From Podarcis bocagei (taxonomy: Eukaryota): 64,000 nucleotides of DNA. Every line of letters starts with the position of its first letter. Positions within the stretch are counted from its first letter, which is position 1. This document shows positions 28,031 to 40,199 of this stretch, one piece after another. The stretch lies in the NCBI GenBank assembly GCA_964188305.1, contig OZ076894.1, one strand, 5' to 3'. The notes beneath the pieces were generated by a model, which saw only the letters and a program-made list of their open reading frames with translations, made no database searches and was not told where the DNA came from. Position numbers and translations under genes: made by a program.

Positions 28031-28971
28031 TTTATCATATTTGCATTTTTTAACTCCTTTAAAGGCTGTTCTTGGAATGCCATTTGACCATTGAAGGACA
28101 AGGCATAAACTTCAAAAGTAAACAAACGACTACCAAGTTTTATTTTCTGTTTGCAGGCATTGGGTGCAAGGCTACTTTGAATAGTGCCAAGTGAACTGTG
28201 CAGTAACAGCAAAGAGGAGAGCTGCAGCAAGGTGTTCATTGCAATATTTACTGCATCGTGACAGTTTCAATATAGACAGTTCTGAAAAGCTAGCACCGCT
28301 CAAAGAAGAAAGATGCAAGAAACAATTGAAATGTCAGGAAGGAAGTCCACATATTGGAAGAAGCAATGGACGTCTCCAAGCCATCTTCTACTGTTCCAAT
28401 GCCTGGATTTGACAACATCACCCAAGAATATTGCAGACACCATTATGTGCATTTTACAGTGAACTATTCATAGGTAGCTTACTGTATTTGCAAGTATTTA
28501 AAGCAAAGCAAGAAGAAAGGAATGCACAAGCAGGCACCATTGTTTCCCTCTTATTGTTGTGTTTTGCGGGAGATGGAGAGAAAGTGAAATTAACACAAGT
28601 GACACCCAAAGAGCTACAAAACTCCCGTTAGTTGTTAGGGCCACAAATGATACCAATATGCTAATAATAATAATACAAAGAGTAAGGATTAATAAGTACC
28701 TCCGTAAGAATGCTAAGTGTTGTAACTAATACACAGTTATAATGGAACGAAGGAACAATGCTACAAGTATCGAATTAGTTAGAATTAGAGAGCAATGACA
28801 AAGTGCAAGCTAGTGATGTGTTCAAGATTAGGGACACAATCCACAACTGAGCTATGCAGCAGGGGGTGGGGTTTGCATTGACAACCTCTACACTGCTCAG
28901 CTCTCACCAACTCCTGGCATATGCAGGGCTGAGATACCTGAAATTTGGGCAACCCAGGTGGTTGTCTAGGT

Positions 28972-30429
28972 CAGTGTTTCCCAACCGGTGTTCCGCGGCA
29001 CACTAGTGTGCCGTGGAACTTTGCCTTGTGTTCCGTGGAGGCGGGCGAGTCGGGCGGTGAGAGGCGGGGCGGCGGCGGCGAGCACACGCGGGGCGGCAAG
29101 CGAGCTCCCACATCCCATCGCCGCTCGCTACTGGGCCTGCGCATCCGCTCGCTACTGGGCCTGCCCCAGGAGGTGGGGTTGCGGGCATAACGCCCTTCCC
29201 CACGTGAGCGGGGAATCCCATCCGCCCCCACGTGAGCGGGGAATCCCATCTCAGCCCCCGCGAGAGCAGGGGAATCCCATCCGGCCACGCCTCCTGGCCA
29301 GCCAATCGGCTGGCTGGAGGGGACGTGGCTTGCCCTTTTTAGGGCCGGAGCGGAGGGGGCTCGCCCTCTCTTCTCCGGCTAGCCCCATCGCCGCTCGCTA
29401 CTGGGCCTGCGCATGCTCGGCGAGCACACGCGGGGCGGCGAGCGAGCGAGCTCCCACATCCGACGGCACCAAGCAGGGGCCGTTGGCCGTGCCGGTGCCC
29501 ACCGTGCCCGCCTCCGCCCAGGAGGGCGGCAAGCAGCCACCGCCGCCACCACCCCCGCCGCTGCCCAGCAACCGCGCCGCCGCCCCCGGCTCCCCGCGGC
29601 GGGTGATCGTGCAGGCTTCGACGGGCGAGCTGCTCCGCTGCCTGGGGGACTTCGTGTGCCGCCGCTGCTACCACATCCCATCGCCGCTCGCTACTGGGCC
29701 TGCGCGTGCGCGATCGCGCCTTCGGGATTCCCTTCAGCAGGCATCAAGCAGCCTGCCTCCCTGCTTTTTCCAATTAAGGGAACCTCCACTCTCCTGCCCC
29801 TCCGTGTTTCTCACCCCAAAGCCTTGTGGGCAGCAGGAAGTGGGGCCGTCCTGCCTCTACCCCACGCCGGGTGGCTGCTGACACGTCCCTTGGGCAGGAG
29901 AGGCATCCGGCTGGATGAAGGCAGCGACGCCGGGGGAACGAAACAGCACGGCAGGTCTGAGTTGGCGCCTGGAAGGACACAGACTGCTTCATGTCGCTGC
30001 ATTCCACAGCTCCGAGGCTGGCAGGTGAGTGCGTGCACTCCTCTCTCTCATTTTATTTAATGTGCATTTTAGAAGCATGTGGAAATATCCTGCGTCATCA
30101 ACCACTTTGGGGAAAGTGTGCGTGTGTGTGTTTGGGGCTAGATTTCATGCATGCCTTTTTTTTAAGTTCTCTTCCTGCTTCATCCACATTCACCCCCCAA
30201 AAGGCCATTTTCTGCGTGCTGAATAAATTCTGCAACTTACTATTTCATAATAAAGTAATTATAAAATACTTCCTTTGTGTTTATTTGATTCCTATTAAAG
30301 AGAGTTACTTTATATATAGTCAATATAGGCACAGAGTTAATTTTTTAAACATTTTCTAATGGTGGTGTGCCGCGAGATTTTTTTCATGAAACAAGTGTGC
30401 CTTTGCCCAAAAAAGGTTGGGAAACACTG
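28972..30429 (+). mobile_element. Non-autonomous hAT element with captured cargo (Pack-hAT)
   Basis: TIR CAGTGTTTCCCAACC / GGTTGGGAAACACTG; perfect 8-bp TSD GTCTAGGT (28964-28971, 30430-30437); no transposase; GC-rich mosaic interior. Confidence 0.93.
29462..29671 (+). pseudogene. CDK5R2: Captured internal fragment of CDK5 activator p39
   Basis: [80 protein letters not shown] and [28 protein letters not shown] match p39 as recalled rather than p35. No native start or stop; lies inside the hAT element. Confidence 0.9.
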
Positions 30430-31521
30430 GTCTAGGTTGCCTCGAAGGCCCCTAGTGTTATCTCTAATTAGGGCAGAGTTATTAGACATAATTACCAAAA
30501 GCAAACAGATAACATACCTTTTATTCAGCATACTTCTCAAGAAGCTATCTACTACTATATTAGTGCATATATATATTTAAAAAAAAGAATGCAGAAAGCA
30601 GAGACTGAATGATGCTCATATTCTAGAGGAGGCAAGCGCTGTCTAACATGTCCTCAGTCTACAGTTATGTGTCAATGAGAAGATGAGTTGTTACAAGAAA
30701 TCACAGGCTTTTAAAAGCAAAAAAACAAAACAGAATTAACTGAAAGGTTAATTACAGAAGAAAGGTAAAACCCTGTAATTAAGCTCATACAAAAAAAAAC
30801 CTTTAAGATGAAGTAGGAAGTAAGGTTTTCCCCCCAAGGCTTTTGCCAACACATGTCTTACACCATTAACTAGAATTTGACAAAAGGCAAAACAAGCTTA
30901 ACAGCAACCAAATGACCATTTATCCTAAAAGGGCAGAATTAAAAGTAATGCATCATTTGCTATAATTATTTGAAGTTAAACAGCTCCAGAAAATAACAAA
31001 GATGCACTGTGATGGGGTATGCACACTGGGACATACCTTGCTGCTTTAAACAACTGAACCATTGGCCATTCAAGACCAGCACTGTATTGGAGATACGTAA
31101 CCAACACATGTGCTCTAACCAGGATCTACAGTCCCTCCTCCACCACAGGTGGTGAAGGAACAGCACTATAAATGCAGAGAAAACATGGGTGGCTAACCTG
31201 CAGCACAAATATCACACATGGATCATGGAGGTTTGAGACATACTTTCATAGAAGCACATGGACCCATAGGCCTGGATAGAGCATGACAGCAATGACTATG
31301 GCATAGCGGCTCTTTCCTGCCTCCTCCTGAACAATGTGCTTTTGCCTGCTCTCGAATGCAGCAGATTAGTGGCAAACCTACTCCAAGGTACTAGTAGTTT
31401 ATTGTGGCATTATCATATACTCTGGACTTGACTTGTGGCACACTTCACCCAAAAAACTGACCACCACTGAAATGAGCAAGTTTAACATGTGCATTTATCT
31501 GCCAATATGGCTAACTATCGC

Positions 31522-32013
31522 CCAGTCTCAAATCTTCCAAAATGCAGCAGTTAGACTGGTGACTGGGAGCGGCCACGAGACCATATAGCACCGGTCTTGA
31601 AAGACCTACACTGGCTCCCAGTACGTTTCCAAGCACAATTCAAAGTGTTGGTGCTGACCTTTAAAGCCCTAAATGGCCTCGGTCCAGTATACCTGAAGAA
31701 GCGTCTCCACCTCCATCGTTCTGCCCAGACACTGAGGTCCAGCGCCGAGGGCCTTCTGGCGGTTCCCTCGCTGCGAGAAGCCAAGTTACAGGGAACCAGG
31801 CAGAGGGCCTTCTCGGTAGTGGCACCCACCCTGTGGAACGCCCTCCCACCAGATGCCAAAGAGAAAAATAACTACCAAACTTTTAGAAGACATCTAAAGG
31901 CAACCCTGTTTAGGGAAGCTTTTAATGTTTAATAGATTATTGTATTTTAGTGTTTGTTGGAAGCCACCCAGAGTGGCTGGGGAAACCCAGCCAGATGGGC
32001 GGGGTATAAATAA
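31522..32013 (+). mobile_element. L2-clade LINE 3' end
   Basis: LQNAAVRLVTG...LKDLHWLPVRFQAQFKVLVLTFKALNGLGP...RAFSVVAPTLWNALP...FRRHLKATLF, then a short 3'UTR and microsatellite tail. Confidence 0.88.
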
Positions 32014-32014
32014 A

Positions 32015-32071
32015 TTGTTGTTGTTGTTGCTGTTGTTGTTGTGGTGGTGGTGGTGGTGGTGGTGGTGGTGG
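32015..32071. repeat. Compound (TTG)n(GTG)n microsatellite, tail of the L2 copy
   Basis: Direct read. Confidence 0.9.
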
Positions 32072-32228
32072 TTAGGGGTAAGCTGTAGACAGCTGTCAGA
32101 AAAGAGAGCTCAAACCAGGAGTTAGGGCGGGGGTTAGAGCTGAGAGCAGGCTTCCTTCCGACTTGTCATTCCCCATGGTAAGTGAGTTTCTGCACCACGA
32201 TGAACAGTCCTCCTTCCAAGCTTTAAAG

Positions 32229-32366
32229 CAGGCATCCCCAAACTCGGCCCTCCAGATGTTTTGGGACTACAACACCCATCATCCCTAGCTAACAGGACCA
32301 GTGGTCAGGGATGATGGGAAATTTAATGTCCCAAAACATCTGGAGGGCCAGGTTTGGGGATGCCTG
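32229..32366. mobile_element. Palindromic 138-bp hAT MITE
   Basis: TIR CAGGCATCCCCAAAC; TSD CTTTAAAG on both sides; the whole element folds back. Confidence 0.88.
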
Positions 32367-33505
32367 CTTTAAAGCCTGCAGAGGTGGGTGGGAATCGTCC
32401 TGGAGGTTTTGTGGTGATCCTCACCCCAACCCAACTCCCAAGACTGAGAAGACAAGTACAAGCGCTATGGCTGCTGGGTTTCTGGAGGTTGACTGAAATG
32501 CCTCAGCTGCCCAGGACCAAACAAGCTCTGGAACAGGAAATACTACAAAGAGCAACACCCCCCTCAAAAAAAATCCACAATGAAAAATTAGTTAGCAGAA
32601 GCCGTTTCTGAGAAGTAACACAGAATCAACACTTTTCCTTGAAGTTAAGTAAATGGATAAACAGCACATTTTTAGAATGTCTGCTAGCTAACTTCGAAAA
32701 GAACAGCCTTACCACAGAAAATAGTATATAGTACTTTGTAGGTGCTGTAAACTCACACATCAAGCACAGCAAGTGTGGGGCTATATACAGGAAGAAAGTA
32801 AACTTTTCATAACAAATTTTCTTTCTTGTTAATCATTTGCCAAGTACAAGGTTACACACAATGCAAGATTTGTGCATTTAATATTTGTTTTGTGAGAAGG
32901 AGCAAATGAATTGGTTTGCTGATTAACTGTGCTATGCAATTTTTTTTAAGTTACTGAATGAGAAAATTTGGTTTTATTATGCTGGGTTGACTGCTGCTCT
33001 TATGGCTGTTTTATGGTTGTGGAGCCCTACTGCTATTTTCAATGGGGAGTTTTACTATAGTTTGTTTGTTTATTTATTTGGCTAATATATTTTGTATTTT
33101 TATTTGCTGGAAGCTACCTTGGGACTGCTTGGTCCTAAGAAAATACCTCAAATAAATAAAACATGTCAAATACCCATATCTCCTTGTTTACCTATTTATT
33201 GAAGGTATACAGTACTTATTGCTTAAAGGCCTGATGATGATAAGCCTGGTTCCAATCCACATAATAAACTAATATTTAATGCTTTGAGATAAAAGTTCAT
33301 GCAGGTTACCCTAACCACAGCAGAACATCAATACCTTTTTCATGTTTGTTTATTTTAAAATGTAGAGACTTTCTTTATTCCCCCAAAAGCATCCAGGATT
33401 CAGTATGTTAACTTAAAGTTATGAAACACACTAATTCAAAGAACAGAACAGTGGAAAACACCAAGTTCTGCAGAAATGACAAAATTGTGTAACAACAAGT
33501 AGATA

Positions 33506-33747
33506 CAGTGGTACCTCGGGTTAAGTACTTAATTCATTCCAGAGGTCTGTTCTTAACCGGAAACTGTTCTTAACCTGAAGCACCACTTTAGCTAATGGGG
33601 CCTCCTGCTGCTGCTGCACCGCCAGAGCATGATTTCTGTTCTTATCCTGAAGCAAAGTTCTTAACCTGAAGCACTATTTCTGAGTTAGCGAAGTCTGTAA
33701 CCTGAAGCGTATGTAACATGAAGCGTATGTAATCCGAGGTACCACTG
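33506..33747 (-). mobile_element. Tigger-like MITE family A
   Basis: Same TIR and TA TSD. Confidence 0.88.
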
Positions 33748-36700
33748 TACAACAGTGGCGCATATTCGGTTCTCAAATATACTTCTCTCTTCTTCTCCTC
33801 ACTTAAAGTTATTTCAGTGGAGACAATGAAACCAAGGTTTTGGAAAACATAAGCAATGTTCAGTAACAACAAGACCTAAGGCTGTCCAAATTGCTTTATT
33901 CAGTGTTCAAGATAAATTTACTGTAAGCAGCTACTGCATTGCTTTAGAGATCTCATCATCTGATACTGATACTTCTGGCTGGTTAGTATGACATTAAGGA
34001 TGAGTCACCTAATATGAACTCTTTGTAAAAAGAGGCACCAATTAAACGGTGTGGTTGTTTTTCTGCTGAAAAAGGGTAAATTGCATCCAAAAACTTGTGA
34101 TGCATAAAATATCCACTCCAAACTACAAAGTTACTACACAGTTATTATCTGTGTTACCCAATAGCAGGATAATACATGCAAACCTATAAGACAAAGAAAC
34201 AGTTTCGTTTCTTTTGGTAGCCTAATGATACTCTTAAAAAGCAATTAAAAACTAAGCTTTAATGTAGGAAACCGATGTGTGACTGAAGATATTCACAATA
34301 AAACTTTGGGGGCCCTCCAGAGGTCCCTTTTATTTTGCATTCATGATTGTTTGTGTTCACAATGGTGTCAGGGCAGTTATACACAATCCCATTTTTAATA
34401 CTGTTTGTGCCTGCAAAAGTTTTGGGGCAGACAGCTTATTTTTACACTTCTTAAATAATATCACAAACAGGCAATATGGAGATCACAAGTTTTTTCCTGC
34501 CCAGCCATTGACTGTCCCAGTTTAACTCGGGAGTTGGGGAGAAGAGAGCTAAAGTTAGTAAAAAGACGTAAAACATTCTTGCAATTGGGCAGACGCCCTT
34601 GGGTGCTTCATTCCAGCCACACCAGAGTCATTATAAAAACACTTTTTTCTTTATAGACCATTATTAAGGTGCAATCCTATGCATGCTTAACTGGGAATGT
34701 CTAACTAAATGGGACTTACTTCTGAGTAAATATTTCTGGGATTAGGCTGCATGTCATCAGGCCTGGAGCCTGGCTTTGTGGCAGGATGCACCAGCTGTCT
34801 GGTCCTGGAAGGTAGACGATGAGTGCTATGTGCCAGGTGAACTTATGTCTGTGACAACATTGTGGTGGATAGAAGAACGTGCAGTTTTTCTTTTTCTTGG
34901 GACTATTGTTTTGTTTTGCCCTGCCCACTTTGTCCCCTGCCCAGCACTGGAATCCAGCCTCCAGAAAATTGGGCTGAAACACATTCTATTTTTTTTTTCC
35001 GAATGGTGTAAACCACCACAATATTTTTAAAGCACTCACCAAATTGGTATAGACACAGGAGGAAATAGTGTTGCTTGCCACCGGTATCTTGACAAAACGA
35101 TCTAGCCAGTGTCTATGATGAGACATGTACACTTCACACTGTACTTATTATCTCAATAATAAGCTGGGGAGAAAATCACCACTTCCGCTGCAGCCAAATA
35201 TTTCTGTGCTAATGCTGGGAAGCATCCCATCTCAATAGAAGCTATACCTCAATAAATTATGTCTGAAAATGCTTTAACAAATGAGCATCAACTCTATGGA
35301 TGATATGAAGATAACTTCCAGAACTGTTCTAAAAGACACAGAATTGTTACATATGAATAAACCTTACTCCTCTAGGGGAGGTATTACTACAGATGAGTAA
35401 CTATTACTGTGAAACCAAAACAACTTTTCAGTGAAAGGAAGTTTTCATGGTAAAAAAGGGATATTTTGAATATGACAATACCTACTGTACTTTGTTACCC
35501 ATCAACAAATTAACAGCATTTCATGTGCTATATCTGCTGTACGTTTCTACAGTTATCTACTAATGACCAGAAAATTACAACAAAGCACCACTCCTGGGAG
35601 CAAAAATTAGCAGGGGCTTAATTTCATTTCAAGAAAAAGAAAAAGAGAGAGGGAGAGGGAGGTGTGGGGAAAGGAAGAATGTGCACACTCAGCTTCAACT
35701 CAAGAGAACAGCATATAGCCCCTCTACTGTTATGCATGGCAGCATCTAAACAAAGGAACAATATTCCTGTTGAATTCCCCTTGCTAGACTGTTGCTGATA
35801 TATTTTGTTTAATTATTGTACATACTGGTGAAGTCACCTTCCAATTAAGGAAGCTGGCTTCTGAACTATACCAATCACTTATAAAATCTGTGGACCTGTT
35901 CCAGCCAAATGTCAAGCCCTTCCTGGCTGTATAATGCTGACATTTTTCAAACAAATCTCTTTGCTTAGCATTACAGTAATTCAGCAAGTGAAGATTGTAA
36001 CAAGAGCTGCAACTGTTGGATAGGGCAAATTTGAAGCCCACCAACTAAAGCAGTATTAGCATCGTACAATAAAGCAAACAGCAACAACTGGCTGCAGACG
36101 GACACAGAGAAAATCCATAGCTGACAAAGTTTGTCAATAAAGAAGAATAAAAGTTGGGGAAAGAAGTGCCTTTTTGTTGCTTGCTGTAGAATTAACTTGA
36201 AATTCTCCTGCCTAAGAGCTCCAGATAAGTATATCACACGTGATGGTTGAGAGGCGAAGTTATCAAGCACAGATTAGAGTAGTGATCATCTATAACTCTT
36301 TACGAGTTTCCTCTGATGGAGAACATTTTTAAAAATGCCATTCTCATTAAGTCTCATCCTTTGAATGCTGACTTCTGTGCAAAATTCCATGCAAAGCTTT
36401 ATCTCCAGCCAGCATTGAAGTATAGACACACCCTCCAATTTTCTAACACTTGAGCAACTTTGGTACTAAATAAACTCTTAAGAGACTATTTTGAGTATAG
36501 CATAAGAAGCAACTAGAAAAAGTACATCACAGAATCCCATTACCACTCATATTAAGAGGGGTTACACAGGGCTGAGAAGAGCAATAATGTCACATTCCGT
36601 GAGTTTCAAAAGCCCTGTCAGCCTTATTTGCCCTGCACTAAACTTTCGGTCACTGATGGGCTGTCAGCAGCAACTAATTGACCAGGTTCAGTTCATGGAC

Positions 36701-37106
36701 ACCTTAATGTTCTCCAACTAGATTTACAATAAGAGCCCCAGTGTAGTAGGTCACAATGAAACAAATATACTATGTTTCTGCTATATATCCAAGTAAGCAA
36801 AGCTCTCTCTCTCTCTCTCTCTTTTACACATGGTTTACAAATATGAAAAGATACACTAATTCTAAGATTAAAAGCAAAGATAGTTCACAGCTGCAGAAAG
36901 ATTTCGCCTTCGGGCACTGCACAATTACTCATATCTTTCACTCACAGAAACATGATTGACTCAACAATTACTGTGTAAACCATTCCTTACAGTGTTTAGA
37001 GTTCCAACACTTTAGCCTTCATATCCTTATTTGCAGTACATACAAATTCAAGGTATCAAGTACAGCCTATTATAAATGTGGCATTTTGCATCTAATAATG
37101 GCAATA

Positions 37107-37410
37107 CCTCAGTGGCAGAGCACGTGATAAATACACAGAAGGCCCCAAGTTCAATCCTGGGCTACTCCAGTTAAAAGGATCACACAGCAGGTGAAGGGAA
37201 GAACTGCTCTGAGCAGTGGCGTAGCGTGGGTTGTCAGCACCCGGGGCAAGGCAAGTAATTTGCGCCCCCTAACCCGTGGATTTGCGCCCCCTAACCCGTG
37301 GATTTGCGCCCCCTAACCCTAACCCCCAGATGTTGCGCCCGGTGCGGCTGGCCCCCCCTGCACCCCCCACGCTACGCCACTGGCTCTGAGACCTCCAAGA
37401 GCCACTGCCA
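37107..37410 (+). mobile_element. tRNA-derived squamate SINE interrupted by a hAT MITE
   Basis: CTCAGTGGCAGAGCA...AGTTCAATCC (A/B-box-like); body resumes after the insertion (AGAGCCACTGCCA). Confidence 0.55.
37214..37382. mobile_element. hAT-type MITE with internal CCCTAA-containing tandem repeats
   Basis: 17-bp TIR CAGTGGCGTAGCGTGGG; perfect 8-bp TSD GCTCTGAG (37206-37213, 37383-37390). Confidence 0.88.
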
Positions 37411-39696
37411 ACAAGAGAAAATTCCGGGGTAGATGACATAGTATAAGACAGAGGGGTGTGTGTAGAAAGCCATGGTGTGAACAAGCTCCATTTTGTACAA
37501 ATGCTTGGGAATCCACAGGCACAGATGCCAGGATAGCAGGGGCAACCAGAAAACTGATATTTGTAAAGAGCCAGGAAAGCATATGCAGGTGTAGCAATGT
37601 TTGTTCTTTTTAAAAACAATAGCACAGGAAGGTGGGGCATTTGATATAAATACAACACTGCATCTAATCTTGAAATGCAGTATCAATGAAATGGGTGGAA
37701 GGCTACAACCAAGACCCACACTTCTCATTGTTCCTCCTCTATAAAGCCCCCAGCTAGGTACACACTTTACTTACTGTGGAGCAGAAAATGAGGAAGGTGA
37801 GCTCTGCTTGTTTCTAGTAAGGCAGTTAAATACAAATGTGACAAGCAAATAAATAGCATCCACTATCTCTTTTAAATATCAAGATAGAATCTTGTGGTAA
37901 ACTTTTAAAAGGTGTAACATTTGACATTCATCTCACTGTGAAGCTTGCAGAAAAGTAAGTATAAAAACTTTTCAAAAGAAAAGAGTGAAATGCAGGACAA
38001 TCTGGGTTCACCCCAATATAGTTTGCTGCCCAAGGCACAAAAACAATATGATGCATTCAAGGTGGTGAAAGAAACCCAAAGACAACAAACTAAACAACTG
38101 ACAACTGACTGCCCTTTAGGGTAACCCTTCCAATAAATCCAAATTAAAATTAGAAGAGCTGGGGGAATATCTAAAATATTACTTGAACTGTTGACCCCCA
38201 CATCTCAAAAGGAAAGACTGTGACCAGCCCACCATAACTAATTTAACGTAATGCTCTCGGTGATTATGGAAATACAAAATACAACATGCTGTTAACAATA
38301 CAGGCATAAGGAACTTGGATCAATGTTGTAAGCAGTTAAAAACAGAATCCAGAAAGTTATTCCCATGTCAATTACTGTATAATTTAGTGCCACAAACCAG
38401 AATTTTAGCCTTTTGCTCCACTCACAGTTCAATCCTATTCAAGTCTACATTGAAATAAGTTTCAGTGAATTCAATGGGACTCTGCACCTTTAAATCATGT
38501 TGATTAGAATCTGCAGCTTATTTCAGTTCATCCACAGAAACAAAAGCAGGAATGTTTATGTGAACAAGACACCACAACACAAATTAAATAGTATTGCTTC
38601 TTTCTGCCAGTGCTGTGAAGAGGTACCATTTTCTGGCATGATCTACAAAAACATGATTCACAGAGCTCACACAAATGCACCTGCCATTGTAAACATGAAT
38701 TACTGCAGGGAGTGACCATTACTGTCCCATAAATAAAATTCCCAAATGTCTAAGATACACGACACAGACTCTGAGGCAAGTCCACACTAAAACAACAACA
38801 AATAAGTCTTGAGAAACATCTCAGGTACAGGAGACTTTTGGACAGACACTACAAAATCCTGGAGGAAATCCAACAAAAGCAAAAACTTTTCCAAGGTCGG
38901 CCTACTATAAGAAGCCATTACATTTCATCTTCAAATTCCTAGTATTTCCTCATATACATATCTACCTATGTCTGATGTACCAAAGGATAAACGAATACTG
39001 TATAAGGCAGTGTAAAAATCAAACCTGGAAACTTCAGCGGATCAGCTACTGAGCCACAGCTGAGTGGTAAAGCATCTGATTTTCATGCACAAGGCCCCAG
39101 ATTCAGATTCAGACACAAGTTGATGAGCTTTCCTTGGCAAAGTTGTTGAGCTTTTTTTTTAGTTGTTGAACTTTTGGCCAATGAAGTTTTGGAGCTATTT
39201 TTAAGGGAATTTGCTTCAAAACAGTTAGTTGGGCACGGTTCCTAAGCTAAGTTAAACAACCGATGGGAGAGTTTGCGATTATGTTAGGCATGTGCACTTA
39301 GCTTATTTTGAGCACCATATGTGATGGGGAGGTTAAAAAATTGGAGAAAGGAGAGACAGTGACCAATTGAGCTGGGGTAGGAGGGTGGAGATATTTTTCT
39401 CACTTTTCCTACAACACTCACTAGTTAATCTACATGAACTGCCTATCAAAAAGACAGAAAAAACAAGAGACAGTACTGACAGGTAAAATGCTAAGGAAAT
39501 GGAACTTTTCTTAGCAGTTTACCTGTCAAACCTGTATTCAATTCCTGACACACCAGAGGGGGTGAAAAGGAGGCAATATCCCCCCCCCCAGATAATAGGC
39601 CGCTTCTGGATGGGCGCAATGAAAACCCCCACCACTTTTCAGGAATCAATCACCGCTTTTCTTCTTCAAATCACACAATGGTTGCGTCGTGTATCA

Positions 39697-39949
39697 CCGT
39701 ATTTTTCGCTCTATAAGACGCACCAGACCACAAGACTGTTTTTGGAGGAGGAAAACAAGAAAAAAAATATTCTGAATCTCAGAAGCCAGAACAGCAAGAG
39801 GAATCGCTGCGCAGTGAAAGCAGCAATCCCTCTTGCTGTTCTGGCTTCTGGTATAGCTGCGCAGCCTGCATTCGCTCCATAAGATGCACACACATTTCCC
39901 CTTACTTTTTAGGAGGGAAAAAGTGAGTCTTATAGAGCAAAAAATACAG
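39697..39949 (+). mobile_element. pogo/Tigger-like MITE family C (short form)
   Basis: TIR CCGTATTTTTCGCTCTATAA; TA at the right end; internal hairpin. Confidence 0.8.
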
Positions 39950-40199
39950 TATACTATACTTACACACACCCTCCCCTTGTCTATCAGGAGGAAAACGCAT
40001 TTGACAAGAATTCAGTTGGGCAGAAATCATTAGGAGGTCGCTGAAGGGGTAAAGGACTGAGTGGGAAGCAGGAAAGTGCGCGCTTTCCCAGGAAGATGCC
40101 CAGGTGGCCTTCCTCCCCTTGGGGCAGAGGGAACAAAAAACGTAACCTGGGCTCCCTCAGAACCTTTCCAAGTTGCCAGGCGGAGCTTGGGGGGGGGGG

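Noticed and set aside
28988-29881. 297-aa ORF as a genuine CDK5R2 gene or paralogue
   Set aside because: Starts at a GTG within the transposon end. Only 70 codons resemble p39; the N-terminal myristoylation start and most of the activator fold are missing.
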